A stretch of DNA of 64,000 nt from Alphaproteobacteria bacterium (lineage in GTDB: Bacteria; Pseudomonadota; Alphaproteobacteria; MPNO01). The stretch is taken from contig OZ219865.1 of assembly GCA_964291675.2 (NCBI GenBank), forward strand, positions 640,001-704,000, in the 5' to 3' direction. Positions 9,926-21,470 of the stretch are shown here, piece after piece (positions within the stretch are counted from its first letter, which is position 1; each line of letters starts with the position of its first letter). The position numbers were made by a program, and so were the translations under genes. A model generated the notes under the pieces. It had not been told where the DNA came from. It did no database searches and worked only from the letters and a program-made list of their open reading frames with translations.

Positions 9926-11419
9926 CAGGTACCGCCGTTCCAGATGCGCCTTGAAGGCGCCGGTGCCGAGCGGCGCGCCGGTCGCCTCTTGAAGCAGCTC
10001 GTCGGTGCTCGCCGGCAGCGACGCCTTGCGGTGGACGTTTTCTCCCAGCCAGCCGAACAGCGGCGCGAAATCGCCCCCGGCGATCGCCTGCGGGATCCCG
10101 GGGCATGCGTCGAGCGCGGCGGCGAAGAGCTGCGCGGCGGCGAGCGCGCCCAGCGCATAGGTCGGGAAGTAGCCCCAGCTCCCGCCGTACCAGTGGATGT
10201 CCTGGAGGCAGCCCGCGGCATCGTCGGGCGGGCGGATGCCGAGCAGGGATTCGAGCCCGTCGGCCCAGGCATCCGGCAGGTCGTCGAGCGACAGCTCGCC
10301 GCCGATGAGCCGCCGTTCCAGCCGGTAGCGCAGGATCACATGCGCCGGGTAGGTCACCTCGTCGGCGTCGACCCGGATCAGGCTGCGGGCGACCCGGCGG
10401 TAATGGCGGCGCAGATTGGCGGGCGACCATGCCGGTCCTTCCCCGCCGAAGGCCTCGCGCAGCAGCGGCGCGAGAAAGGCGATGAACTCGGCCGAGCGGC
10501 AGGCCTGCATCTCGACGATCAGGGACTGGCTCTCATGCACCGCCATGCCGCGCGCCGAGCCGGCCGGCTGGTGGCGCCAGTCGCGCGGCAGCCCCTTGTT
10601 GTAGAGCGCGTGCCCGGTCTCGTGCAGGACGGCCATGACGCTCTGGGTGAAATCCGCCGTGTCGTAGCGCGTCGTCACCCGGACGTCGTCGTGGACCCCG
10701 CTGCAGAACGGGTGCAGGCTGACATCGAGGCGCCCGCCGTCGAAGTCGAAGCCGAGCTGTCTCATCAGCCGCTCGCCGAGCGCGTGCTGCACCTCGACCG
10801 CGAACGGACCCTCCATCGGCAAAGGCGGCGCCTCGCGCGCCTGCGCCTCCAGCACGCGGTCGAGAAATCCCGGCAGGAAGGCGGCGAGGTCGGCGAACAG
10901 CGCGTCGATCCGCTCGGTCCGCGCGCCCGGCTCGTACACGTCGATCAGCGCGTCGTAGGCCGGACAGCCGAGCGCCGCGCCGCGGGCCTGGCCGGCCTCG
11001 CGCACCAGATCGAGCACGGTTTGCAGAAAGGGTTTGACGGCGGGGTAGTCGGCCCTCGGCCTGGCCTCGCGCCACGCCATTTCGCATTCGCTGTCCGCCG
11101 TGGTCATCGCCGCGATCAGACCGGCGTCGAGCGCCGTCGCGTGCAGCCATCTGCGGCGCATCTCGCGCAGATTGGCGGCGCGCCACGCATCGCCCGCCAC
11201 CTCCTCCGCGGCCCCGTCGAGCAGGTTCGGCACGGTCGGGTCGGTGATCTTCTCATGCTCGACCAGGCGCAGCGCGGCGAGCTGTTCGGCGCGGGCGGGC
11301 GCGCCCCTGGGCGGCATGTTCACCGAGCGGTCCCAGGCCAGCATGCGCGCCGCCTCCCGCAATGCGCCGATCTGCGCGAAGCGTTCTTCCAGCGCCTCGT
11401 AGCTGCTAGCCCCGGCCAT
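9914..11419 (-). CDS. carboxypeptidase Taq (M32 family)
   Basis: HPF, HETGHALY, HESQS, IRVDAD, GCLQDIHW, GYFPTYALG; start MAGASSY (11419). Confidence 0.95.
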   Translation of the reverse strand: MAGASSYEALEERFAQIGALREAARMLAWDRSVNMPPRGAPARAEQLAALRLVEHEKITDPTVPNLLDGAAEEVAGDAWRAANLREMRRRWLHATALDAGLIAAMTTADSECEMAWREARPRADYPAVKPFLQTVLDLVREAGQARGAALGCPAYDALIDVYEPGARTERIDALFADLAAFLPGFLDRVLEAQAREAPPLPMEGPFAVEVQHALGERLMRQLGFDFDGGRLDVSLHPFCSGVHDDVRVTTRYDTADFTQSVMAVLHETGHALYNKGLPRDWRHQPAGSARGMAVHESQSLIVEMQACRSAEFIAFLAPLLREAFGGEGPAWSPANLRRHYRRVARSLIRVDADEVTYPAHVILRYRLERRLIGGELSLDDLPDAWADGLESLLGIRPPDDAAGCLQDIHWYGGSWGYFPTYALGALAAAQLFAAALDACPGIPQAIAGGDFAPLFGWLGENVHRKASLPASTDELLQEATGAPLGTGAFKAHLERRYLSER

Positions 11420-12152
11420 CGTCTTCCTCGCGCCGCCAGTGGAACAGGAGGTAGATCGCCGCCAGCACCAGCGCGAGCCCGTACCAGGTGAGCGCGTATT
11501 CGAGATGGCGGTTGGCGATGTCGACGCCGATCCTGCGCCCGGCCGGGAAGCCGCCGGGGTTGGGCGTCGCATCGGCGATCAGGAACATCTCCCGCACCCC
11601 GGGGAGGGAGGCGGCCGCGCCCATCTCGCCCGGCTCGACGAAATACCAGACCCCCTTCTCCGGGTCGTTGTCGGGGACCCAGCGGCTGCTCTTTCCCGGC
11701 CGGCGAAGAACGCCCGTCACCGTCGCCTCGCCGGCGATCCGGCCCTTCCGCCGGGTCCGGGGATCGGCGCGGTCGAGCGGAACCCAGCCCCGGTTGACCA
11801 GGATGTGGTCGCCGTCCCGCAGCCGGAGCGGGGTTACGACGTCGAACCCGGCCCGGCCCTTGCGCACCCGGCTGACGACGAGGAACTCGCGCGCGTGCAG
11901 GAACCGGCCCGTCGCCCGGGCGCGGCGGAAGGCGGCATCGGCGCCGTCCCCGGTTCGCGCGCCGATCGCGACCGGCTCCGCCGCGAGCTGTGCCTCCCGG
12001 TGGGCGATCACCTCCTCCTTCCATTGCAGCCGGTGAAGCTGCCATGTCCCGAGCCCGACGAGAACCGCGAACGCCGCCCCGGCGGCCACCGTGGCCCGGA
12101 GCGTCGGGCGGAAGCGGCGGCGCGCCCGGTCACGCCCCGCCGTCGTATTCAT
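11406..12152 (-). CDS. surf1: SURF1/Shy1 cytochrome oxidase assembly protein
   Basis: LGTWQLHRLQWK, LVNRGWVP, NRHLEYALTWY; in cta operon. Confidence 0.93.
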   Translation of the reverse strand: MNTTAGRDRARRRFRPTLRATVAAGAAFAVLVGLGTWQLHRLQWKEEVIAHREAQLAAEPVAIGARTGDGADAAFRRARATGRFLHAREFLVVSRVRKGRAGFDVVTPLRLRDGDHILVNRGWVPLDRADPRTRRKGRIAGEATVTGVLRRPGKSSRWVPDNDPEKGVWYFVEPGEMGAAASLPGVREMFLIADATPNPGGFPAGRRIGVDIANRHLEYALTWYGLALVLAAIYLLFHWRREEDDGRG

Positions 12153-12507
12153 GCCGCAGGTTCCTGTAGTGGAGCGCGATCAGCAGCCCCTTGGCCGGGC
12201 GCAGCAGCGCGATCGCGAGAACGACGATGAAGGGCGGCCAGACCGCCATATGGACCCAGATGGGCGGCGCGAGCAGGGTCTCGAGAAAGAACGCCAGCGC
12301 GACCGTCACCGCGCCGAGGACCAGGATCACGAACACCGCCGGCCCGTCGCCCGAATCGTGCGGGCCGAGATCGAGCCCGCAGACGCTGCATTTCTCCGCC
12401 ACCGCGAGCAGCCCCGCATAGAGAGGGCCGGTGCCGCAGCGCGGACAGCGGCAGCCGAGCCCGGTGGCGAGTGGCGACCGCGGCGGCCAGGCGCCGGGCC
12501 GGGGCAT
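12130..12507 (-). CDS. DUF983 family membrane protein
   Basis: CRCPRCG..CSVCG, DSGDGPA, LLRPAKG; usual position between ctaE and surf1. Confidence 0.85.
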   Translation of the reverse strand: MPRPGAWPPRSPLATGLGCRCPRCGTGPLYAGLLAVAEKCSVCGLDLGPHDSGDGPAVFVILVLGAVTVALAFFLETLLAPPIWVHMAVWPPFIVVLAIALLRPAKGLLIALHYRNLRHEYDGGA

Positions 12508-12513
12508 TCGCGT

Positions 12514-13353
12514 CTAGTGGCCTCCCGGGTTCGGGCCGGCGCCCCACAGATAGATGCAGCAGAACAGGAACAGCCAGACCACGTCGACGAAATGCCAATA
12601 CCACGCCGCGGCCTCGAAGCCGAAATGGTGGTCCGGCTTGAAGTGGTCCTTGTAGGCGCGGAAGAAGCAGACGATCAGGAAGATCGTCCCGACCAGGACG
12701 TGGAAGCCGTGGAATCCGGTCGCCATGAAGAAGGTGCTGGGATAGATGCCGTCGGAGAAGGCGAAGGCGGCGTGGCTGTACTCGTAGGCCTGCACGCAGG
12801 TGAACAGGATGCCGAGGCCGATGGTCAGCCCGAGCCCCTGCAGGACGTGCCGCCGGTTGCCCTCCTTGAGCGCGTGATGCGCCCAGGTCACGGTGACGCC
12901 CGACATCAGCAGGATCAGCGTGTTCAGGAAGGGCAGGTCCCACGGATCGAAGGTGACGATGCCGGGCGGCGGCCACTGGCTCTCGATCGCCGCGGGGGGG
13001 AACAGCCCGGCGTTGAAATAGGCCCAGAACCAGGCCACGAAGAACATCACCTCGGAGGCGATGAACAGGGCCATACCGTAGCGCATGCCGATCTGCACGA
13101 TCGGCGTGTGGTGGCCCTCGAAGGTGGCCTCGCGGATCACGTCGCGCCACCACCCGACCATGGTGACGGCGATGCCGACGAAGCCGAGCGCCATCAGCCA
13201 CCACGAGCCCTCGTGCATGTACCACACCGCGCCGATGAACAGCGCGCCCGCCGCGGCGGCGCCGACCGCCGGCCAGACGCTGGGATCGACCAGGTGGTAG
13301 GGATGCTTGTGGCCGTGATGGGTGTATTCGGCCGCCGAATCGGCTGGCGCCAT
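12514..13353 (-). CDS. ctaE: cytochrome c oxidase subunit III
   Basis: HPYHLVDPS, FIASEVMFF, TGFHGFHV, AAWYWHFVDVVWLFLF. Confidence 0.97.
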   Translation of the reverse strand: MAPADSAAEYTHHGHKHPYHLVDPSVWPAVGAAAAGALFIGAVWYMHEGSWWLMALGFVGIAVTMVGWWRDVIREATFEGHHTPIVQIGMRYGMALFIASEVMFFVAWFWAYFNAGLFPPAAIESQWPPPGIVTFDPWDLPFLNTLILLMSGVTVTWAHHALKEGNRRHVLQGLGLTIGLGILFTCVQAYEYSHAAFAFSDGIYPSTFFMATGFHGFHVLVGTIFLIVCFFRAYKDHFKPDHHFGFEAAAWYWHFVDVVWLFLFCCIYLWGAGPNPGGH

Positions 13354-13367
13354 GGCTTACCCCTCTC

Positions 13368-13943
13368 TCATTTGGCGGCGATCCGCGCGCTGTCCCGGGT
13401 CTCGGGCTCCCCGGGCGCGGCGAAGAAGGTATAGGAGAGCGTGATCGTCGTCACGTCGTCGAGATTGCGGTCCAGGGCGAGCTCGGGATCGACGTAGAAC
13501 GAGACCGGCATGTCGACGCTGCGGCCCGCCTCCAGGGTCTGCTCGGTGAAGCAGAAACAGTCCAGCTTGGCGAAATAGGGACCCGCCTTGGCCGGGGTGA
13601 CGTTGAAGGTCGCGGTGCCGGTGACCGGCCGGTCGGCGAGGTTCTTCGCCCGGTAGAAGGCGAGCCGCTCCTCGCCGAGCCGCACCTTGACCCTGCGCTC
13701 CACAGGCTGGAAGCGCCACGGCAGCGCCGAGTTCACGTCCGCGTTGAAGCGCACCGTCACCGAGCGCTCGTGGAGCTCTTCCGGCGCCGCCACGGCGACC
13801 TGGGTGGTGCCGCCGTAACCCGTCACCTGGCAGAACCAGCGATAGAGCGGCACCGAGGCGTAGGCGAGGCCGCCCATGACGACGACGATGCCGAGCGCCG
13901 CGGCGGCCGTCGCCGCGTTCCGCTTGCGGGGTGCGGGCGCCAT
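13368..13943 (-). CDS. ctaG: cytochrome c oxidase assembly protein CtaG/Cox11
   Basis: VPLYRWFCQVTGYGGT, CFCFTEQ, ITLSYTFF. Confidence 0.96.
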   Translation of the reverse strand: MAPAPRKRNAATAAAALGIVVVMGGLAYASVPLYRWFCQVTGYGGTTQVAVAAPEELHERSVTVRFNADVNSALPWRFQPVERRVKVRLGEERLAFYRAKNLADRPVTGTATFNVTPAKAGPYFAKLDCFCFTEQTLEAGRSVDMPVSFYVDPELALDRNLDDVTTITLSYTFFAAPGEPETRDSARIAAK

Positions 13944-13944
13944 C

Positions 13945-14070
13945 TCACCACCCTCCCATGCGGACCATCGACATCACGAAGAACAGGGCCACCAGCCCGA
14001 GCAGCACCGTGAGCATGGCGATATTGCGGACCCGGCGGCGCTTGTGCAGCTCGCTCAGCGGCATCGCCAT
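13945..14070 (-). CDS. small single-TM protein of the cta operon (CoxF-like)
   Basis: MAMPLSELHKRRRVRNIAMLTVLLGLVALFFVMSMVRMGGW; basic patch plus TM, between ctaB and ctaG, G-rich RBS. Confidence 0.7.
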   Translation of the reverse strand: MAMPLSELHKRRRVRNIAMLTVLLGLVALFFVMSMVRMGGW

Positions 14071-14075
14071 CCCCC

Positions 14076-14990
14076 CTACAACGCGCCCGGGATCAGGCGT
14101 TCGGCGATCATCGCCGCGAACAGCACAAACAGATAGAGGATCGAGAAGCCGAACAGCCGCGGCGCGCCGGCATGGCCGTCCGCCCGCCGCAGCCGCCAGG
14201 CGAGCACCAGGAAGACGGCGCTCATCGCCGCCGCGACCGCGCCGTAGGCGAGCCCGGCGATTCCGAGACCCACCGGGACCAGCGACACCGGCACCAGAAG
14301 CAGGGCGTAGAGCACGATCTGCCGCTTGGTCTCGTCCGAGCCCGCGACCACCGGCAGCATGGGAATGCCGGCGGCGGCGTAATCGCCGCTCCTGTACAGC
14401 GAGAGCGCCCAGAAATGCGGCGGCGTCCACATGAAGATCAGGGCGAACAGGGCGATCGCGCCGAGCCCGACATCGCCGGTGACCGCGGCCCAGCCGATCA
14501 TTGGCGGGAATGCGCCGGCGGCGCCGCCGATGACGATGTTCTGCGGCGTCCGGCGCTTGAGCCAGACGGTGTAGACGAAGACATAGAAGGCGATGGTGAG
14601 CGCCAAGAGCGCCGCCGCCGTCCAGTTGACCGCGAGCGCCATCACGCTGACCGAGCCGACGCCAAGCACCGCGCCGAAGCCGAGCGCGTCGCCCGGGGTC
14701 ATGCGTCCGGCGGGCAGCGGGCGGTCGCTGGTACGCGCCATCACCGCGTCGATGTCGCGGTCGTACCACATGTTGATGGCGCCCGCCGCGCCGGCCCCGA
14801 CCGCGATGCACAGCACCGCGATCGCCGCCAGCACCGGGTGCAGCGCGCCCGGCGCCAGCACCATCCCGGCGACCGCGGTGAACACCACGAGCGACATCAC
14901 CCGCGGCTTCAGCAGCGCCACGAAGTCGCCGATCGCCGGCCCGTCGATGGGCGCCGCGCCCGCGGTCAGCTCGATCTGTCGCTCGGCCAC
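14076..14990 (-). CDS. ctaB: protoheme IX farnesyltransferase (heme o synthase)
   Basis: [33 protein letters not shown]. Confidence 0.97.
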   Translation of the reverse strand: MAERQIELTAGAAPIDGPAIGDFVALLKPRVMSLVVFTAVAGMVLAPGALHPVLAAIAVLCIAVGAGAAGAINMWYDRDIDAVMARTSDRPLPAGRMTPGDALGFGAVLGVGSVSVMALAVNWTAAALLALTIAFYVFVYTVWLKRRTPQNIVIGGAAGAFPPMIGWAAVTGDVGLGAIALFALIFMWTPPHFWALSLYRSGDYAAAGIPMLPVVAGSDETKRQIVLYALLLVPVSLVPVGLGIAGLAYGAVAAAMSAVFLVLAWRLRRADGHAGAPRLFGFSILYLFVLFAAMIAERLIPGAL

Positions 14991-15004
14991 GCTTCGCTCC
15001 GCCG

Positions 15005-16615
<1,611 letters not shown>

Positions 16616-17467
16616 TCAGCGCGTGGACTCTAGACCGGCGACCCTGGTCGCCGGCGGCGCGGTGCCGTCGTCCTCCGCGGCATATTCCTTCTTCGCCCAT
16701 GAAACCCAGGCGTTGAACTCCTGATCCGTGACCACGTCGACACGGATCGGCATAAAGCCGTGATTGACGCCGCAAAGCTCCGAACACTGGCCGTAATAGA
16801 CCCCCGTCCGCTCGGCCTTGAACCAGACCTCGTTGAGCCGTCCCGGCACGCCGTCGATCTTGACGCCGAACGCCGGTATCGTCCAGGCGTGCAGCACGTC
16901 GTCCGCCGTGACCTGCACGCGGACCACCTTGTTGACCGGCACCACGACGCGGTTGTCGACCGAGAGCAGCCGCGGCTGGCCTTCCTTCAGCTCGTCGTCG
17001 GCCAGGATCGTCGCATCGAACGTGAAGTTGCCGTGGTCGGGGTACTCGTAGCTCCAGTACCACTGGTGGCCGATCGCCTTCACCGTCAGATCGGCCTTGG
17101 GGATGGTATCGGAGTAGTAGAGCAGCTTGAAGGACGGGATCGCGATCAGCACCAGGATGACCACCGGGATCACCGTCCACAGGACCTCGACCGTCGTGTT
17201 GTGCGTGGTACGGGTGGGCGTCGGGTTCCTGCTCTCGCGGAAGCGCCACATGACGTAAAGCAGCAGCCCCAGCACGAACAGCGTGATCAGGGTGATGACG
17301 ACCAGCAGGATGTCGTGCAGGTCGTCGATGTTCTGCATCAGCGGGGTCGCGGCCGGCTGCAGCCCGAGCTGCCAGGGCACCGGCTCGCTCGCCCACGCGC
17401 CGGTTCCGGTCAGGCCGGCGGCCGCCGCCGCGCCCGCTGCGAGAATGCGTCCTCGGCTCATCGGCAT
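16616..17467 (-). CDS. ctaC: cytochrome c oxidase subunit II
   Basis: GHQWYWSYEY, DVLHAW, CuA motif CSELCGVNHGFM. Confidence 0.98.
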   Translation of the reverse strand: MPMSRGRILAAGAAAAAGLTGTGAWASEPVPWQLGLQPAATPLMQNIDDLHDILLVVITLITLFVLGLLLYVMWRFRESRNPTPTRTTHNTTVEVLWTVIPVVILVLIAIPSFKLLYYSDTIPKADLTVKAIGHQWYWSYEYPDHGNFTFDATILADDELKEGQPRLLSVDNRVVVPVNKVVRVQVTADDVLHAWTIPAFGVKIDGVPGRLNEVWFKAERTGVYYGQCSELCGVNHGFMPIRVDVVTDQEFNAWVSWAKKEYAAEDDGTAPPATRVAGLESTR

Positions 17468-17806
17468 TCGAATCGAGTCCTTATCGTCCGCGGGATGCCC
17501 GCCCCCGAGCAGCGATGCCCTTCAGGCGCGCTCCCGACGCGGGAAACCCTGCAAAGGCACGGAAATCGCCGGATTGATACACAGCGGCAGTGGCAAACAC
17601 AAGGTCCCCCCGTCATCGGGCGATTCTACCCGAATTCGGGCGTTCGGTGGGCTCCCGGCAGCGGATTTTTTCGTCGCTCGGCCGCTTCGCCCGGCGCCCC
17701 GAAAGACCCAGGCCGGGGCCGAACCGCCGGGGCACGGGGTGACATCGCGCGGCGGCGACACCATCATATAGCGGGTAGCGCCGATTTTGGCGCCAGGAGG
17801 CCGGAC

Positions 17807-19240
17807 ATGGCGGATCTCGCGAAGACGGACGAGCTTTTCTTCAACCGGACCGGGCTCGACCGGGCCAGGGTCGAATCGATCGTCGCCGATGCGCTCGACG
17901 GCACCGACGACGGCGAGCTGTTTCTCGAATACCGCCAGTCCGAGGGGCTGGGCTTCGACGACGGGCGCCTGAAGACGGCGTCGTTCGACACCACCCAGGG
18001 GTTCGGGCTGCGCGCCGTCGCCGACGAGGCGACCGGCTACGCGCACGCCGCCGAGCTGTCGGAAGCGGCGATCGAACGCGCGGCGGGGACGGTCAAGGCG
18101 GTCAGGGCGGGCCATAGCGGCACCGCGGCGGAGGGCCCGGCCGCCACCAACACCGCGCTCTATGTCGAGGACAACCCGCTCAACGAGATCGCGTTCGAGC
18201 GCAAGGTCAAGCTGCTGCAGGACATCGACGCCTATGCGCGCGGCCGCGATCCCCGGGTCGTGCAGGTCGTCGCCTCCATCATGGGCGAGTGGCAGGCGAT
18301 CCAGATCGTCCGCGCCGACGGCCGCCGGGCGGCGGACATCCGTCCGCTGGTGCGGCTCAACGTGTCGGTCGTGGCGGCCGAGGGCGAGCGCATGGAGACC
18401 GGCAGCCACGGGGCCGGCGGGCGCACTTCCTACGGCGCCTATTTCGCCGAGGAGTCCTGGCAGGCCCAGGTCGAGGAGGCGCTGCGCCAGGCCCTGGTCA
18501 ACCTCGAATCGGTGCCTGCGCCGGCCGGCGAGATGCCGGTGGTGCTGGGCCCCGGCTGGCCCGGCATCCTGCTCCACGAGGCGATCGGCCACGGTCTCGA
18601 AGGCGACTTCAACCGCAAGAAGACCTCGGCCTTCTCCGGGCTGCTGGGCGAGCGCATCGCGGCGCCGGGCGTGACCGTGGTCGACGACGGGACCATCGCC
18701 GACCGCCGCGGCTCGCTCACCATCGACGACGAGGGAACGCCCACCCAGAACACGGTGCTGATCGAGGACGGCATCCTCACCGGCTACATGCAGGACCGGA
18801 TGAACGCGCGGCTGATGGGCGCGAGGCCCACCGGCAACGGGCGGCGCGAGAGCTTCGCGCATGCGCCGATGCCGCGCATGACCAACACCTACATGCTGGC
18901 CGGCGAGCGGTCGCACGACGAGATCGTCGCCGCGGTGCCGAAAGGCCTGTATGCGGTCAATTTCGGCGGCGGGCAGGTCGACATCACCTCGGGCAAGTTC
19001 GTGTTCAGCGCATCCGAGGCCTATCTGATCGAGGACGGCAAGCTGGGCGCCCCGGTCAAGGGCGCGACGCTGATCGGCAACGGGCCGGATGCGCTCACCC
19101 GGGTCCGCATGGTCGGCGACGACATGGGCATGGACCCCGGCGTCGGCACCTGCGGCAAGGAGGGCCAGGGCGTCCCGGTCGGGGTGGGTCAGCCGACGCT
19201 GCTGGTGGACAATCTCACCGTCGGCGGCACCGCCGCCTGA
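17807..19240 (+). CDS. tldD: metalloprotease TldD
   Basis: LLHEAIGHGLEGDFNRK, PMPRMTNT, GTCGKEGQGVPVGVGQP; AGGAGG RBS before ATG 17807. Confidence 0.97.
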   Translation: MADLAKTDELFFNRTGLDRARVESIVADALDGTDDGELFLEYRQSEGLGFDDGRLKTASFDTTQGFGLRAVADEATGYAHAAELSEAAIERAAGTVKAVRAGHSGTAAEGPAATNTALYVEDNPLNEIAFERKVKLLQDIDAYARGRDPRVVQVVASIMGEWQAIQIVRADGRRAADIRPLVRLNVSVVAAEGERMETGSHGAGGRTSYGAYFAEESWQAQVEEALRQALVNLESVPAPAGEMPVVLGPGWPGILLHEAIGHGLEGDFNRKKTSAFSGLLGERIAAPGVTVVDDGTIADRRGSLTIDDEGTPTQNTVLIEDGILTGYMQDRMNARLMGARPTGNGRRESFAHAPMPRMTNTYMLAGERSHDEIVAAVPKGLYAVNFGGGQVDITSGKFVFSASEAYLIEDGKLGAPVKGATLIGNGPDALTRVRMVGDDMGMDPGVGTCGKEGQGVPVGVGQPTLLVDNLTVGGTAA

Positions 19241-19245
19241 GCGGC

Positions 19246-20610
19246 TCAGTAGGCGTATTCCTCGAACACGCGGTCGATATCGCCGTTCCACGAGCCGTAG
19301 AAGCGCTCGAGCTTGTGTTCGGCCGGGCAAGAGCCACGCCGCACGATGTCGTCGAGGATACGCAGATATCCGGTCTCGTTGTCGCCCACCCGGTCGAGAC
19401 GGGCGCGCGCCCTGAGCCCCTCATGGGCGATACGCAGCGCCTCGCGCGCCACGTCGAGCAGGGTGCCGCCGCGAAACGGCGTCTTGAGGGCCTGGATCGA
19501 AGTCTCGTGGCGCAGCCGGTGGTGGTCCTCGATGGTCCAGTCGGCGATCAGTTCGTAGGCCGCGTCGAGCGCGCCCCGGTCGTAGAGCAGCCCGACCCAG
19601 AGCGCCGGCAGCGCGCACAGCCGCCGCCACGGCCCGCCGTCGGCGCCGCGCATCTCGATATAGCGCTTGAGCCGGACCTCCGGGAACAGCGTCGTCAGAT
19701 GGTCCGCCCAGTCCGACATCATCGGCTTCTCGCCGGGCAGCGCCGGCAGGCTTCCGTCGAGAAAGTCGCGGAAGGACTGGCCGCTCGCATCCACATAGGT
19801 GCCGTCGCGGTAGACGAAATACATCGGCACGTCGAGCACGTAGTCGACATAGCGCTCGAAGCTCATGCCGTCCTCGAAGACGAAGGGCAGGATGCCGCAG
19901 CGGTCCGGGTCGGTGTCTTCCCAGACATGGCTGCGATAGGAGTAGTAGCCGCTGGGCTTGCCCTCGACGAAGGGCGAGTTGGCGAACAGGGCCGTCGCGA
20001 CCGGCTGCAGCGCGAGACCGACCCGCATCTTGCGCACCATGTCGTATTCCGACTCGAAGTCCAGATTGACCTGCACCGTGCAGGTGCGGACCATCATGTC
20101 GAGCCCCATGCTGCCCTTCCTGGGCATGTAGTCGCGCATGATGCGGTAGCGCCCCTTGGGCATCCAGGGGATGTCCTCGCGTCTCGCGCGGGGGTGGAAG
20201 CCGAGCCCGACCAGCCCGACGCCGAGCTCGCCCGCCACCTCCTTGACCTCGGCGAGATGGGTGTGCACCTCGTCGCAGGTCTGGTGGATGGTCTCCAGCG
20301 GCGCGCCCGACAGCTCGAGCTGCCCGCCGGGCTCCAGCGATATGTTGCAGTCCGACTTCGCCAGCGCGATCGGGTTGCCGTTCTCCAGCACCGGCTCCCA
20401 GCCGAAGCGCGTCAACCCTTCGAGCAGCGCGCGGATGCCCCACGCGCCGTCATAGGGGGCGGATTCCAGGGTTTCGAGATGGAAGACGAATTTTTCGTGC
20501 TCGGTGCCGATCCGCCAGTCTTCCGGCGGCTTGCACCCCGCCTCCAGAAATTCGACGAGCTGGCGCCGGTCCTCGATCGGCGCGCCCTGGCTCGTGGGGG
20601 GTGCCGCCAT
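19246..20610 (-). CDS. gshA: glutamate--cysteine ligase
   Basis: RIGTEHEKF, SLEPGGQLELSG, TCTVQVNLD, LFANSPF, EMRGADGG. Confidence 0.96.
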   Translation of the reverse strand: MAAPPTSQGAPIEDRRQLVEFLEAGCKPPEDWRIGTEHEKFVFHLETLESAPYDGAWGIRALLEGLTRFGWEPVLENGNPIALAKSDCNISLEPGGQLELSGAPLETIHQTCDEVHTHLAEVKEVAGELGVGLVGLGFHPRARREDIPWMPKGRYRIMRDYMPRKGSMGLDMMVRTCTVQVNLDFESEYDMVRKMRVGLALQPVATALFANSPFVEGKPSGYYSYRSHVWEDTDPDRCGILPFVFEDGMSFERYVDYVLDVPMYFVYRDGTYVDASGQSFRDFLDGSLPALPGEKPMMSDWADHLTTLFPEVRLKRYIEMRGADGGPWRRLCALPALWVGLLYDRGALDAAYELIADWTIEDHHRLRHETSIQALKTPFRGGTLLDVAREALRIAHEGLRARARLDRVGDNETGYLRILDDIVRRGSCPAEHKLERFYGSWNGDIDRVFEEYAY

Positions 20611-20613
20611 GCC

Positions 20614-21405
20614 CTACCCCCGCGCGGTCGCCGGCCGCGCCGGCATGACATCGGAGCGGCGCCAGTCGCCGATCACCGCCTGCCAGCAGACCAGGGCGGC
20701 GATCGCCGCGGTCTCGGCACGCAGCAGCCGCGGCCCGAGATCGACCGCATGCACGTAGGGCCGGCCGCGCAGCGCGGCGCGCTCTTCCCCGGTGAACCCG
20801 CCTTCGGGTCCGATGAGCGCGGCCCAGGAGCCGGAAGCGTCGCCGTCCCGGGCCTCGGTCAGGCACTCGACGATCGGTCGTCCGCCGCCGCTCTCGTCGC
20901 AGAAGACCAGCCGCCTTCCGGTCGGCCAGTCATTCAGCACGTCGGCGAGCGGCGCGGCGGCGCGGATCTCCGGCACGTCGCAGCGCCCGCATTGCTCGGC
21001 CGCCTCGATGGCGAGCAGCCGCATCCGGTCCGTCCTGACCCGCGATGCCGTCGTGCGCTCGGTGGTCACCGGAACCAGCGCCGTCGCGCCGAGCTCGACC
21101 GCCTTGGCCACCAGCAGCTCGCCCGGTCCCCGCTTGAGCGGCGCGAACAGGAGCCAGAAATCGCCGCTCACGGGCTGCGCCGCGAGCCGGCGTTCGAGAC
21201 GCAGCGCGACGCGCCGTTTATCCACCGATTCGATCCTGCCCAGCCACTCGCCGTCCCTTCCGTTGAACGCCGCGACCGCGTCCCCGGCGGAGAGCCGCAT
21301 GACGTTCTTCACATAGTGGGTCCGGTCGCGGTCGAGCACGGCCGCCTCGCCCTGCGCCAGGGCCTGGTCGAGGAAGAGCCTCACGCGCGGAGAAGCTGGC
21401 TGCAT
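20614..21405 (-). CDS. rsmE: 16S rRNA m3U1498 methyltransferase RsmE
   Basis: HY..VMRL, KAVELG, EAAEQC, IGPEGGF, LGPRLLRAETA; exact start uncertain. Confidence 0.94.
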   Translation of the reverse strand: MQPASPRVRLFLDQALAQGEAAVLDRDRTHYVKNVMRLSAGDAVAAFNGRDGEWLGRIESVDKRRVALRLERRLAAQPVSGDFWLLFAPLKRGPGELLVAKAVELGATALVPVTTERTTASRVRTDRMRLLAIEAAEQCGRCDVPEIRAAAPLADVLNDWPTGRRLVFCDESGGGRPIVECLTEARDGDASGSWAALIGPEGGFTGEERAALRGRPYVHAVDLGPRLLRAETAAIAALVCWQAVIGDWRRSDVMPARPATARG

Positions 21406-21470
21406 CGATGATCGAACCGCCGTCGTAACCATACGCGGTGCGGATATAATCGGAGCGGAGCCAAAGAGCA

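Noticed and set aside
17572-17590. FNR/FixK box upstream of ctaC
   Set aside because: Only the TTGAT half-site is present; the second half (AGCGG) does not match ATCAA
18289-21411. Very long alternative ORFs in the track (e.g. 1040 aa at 18289-21411, 839 aa at 4807-7326, 789 aa at 15027-17396)
   Set aside because: Shadow or antisense frames of well-supported genes in high-GC DNA; Arg/Pro/Gly-rich with no motifs
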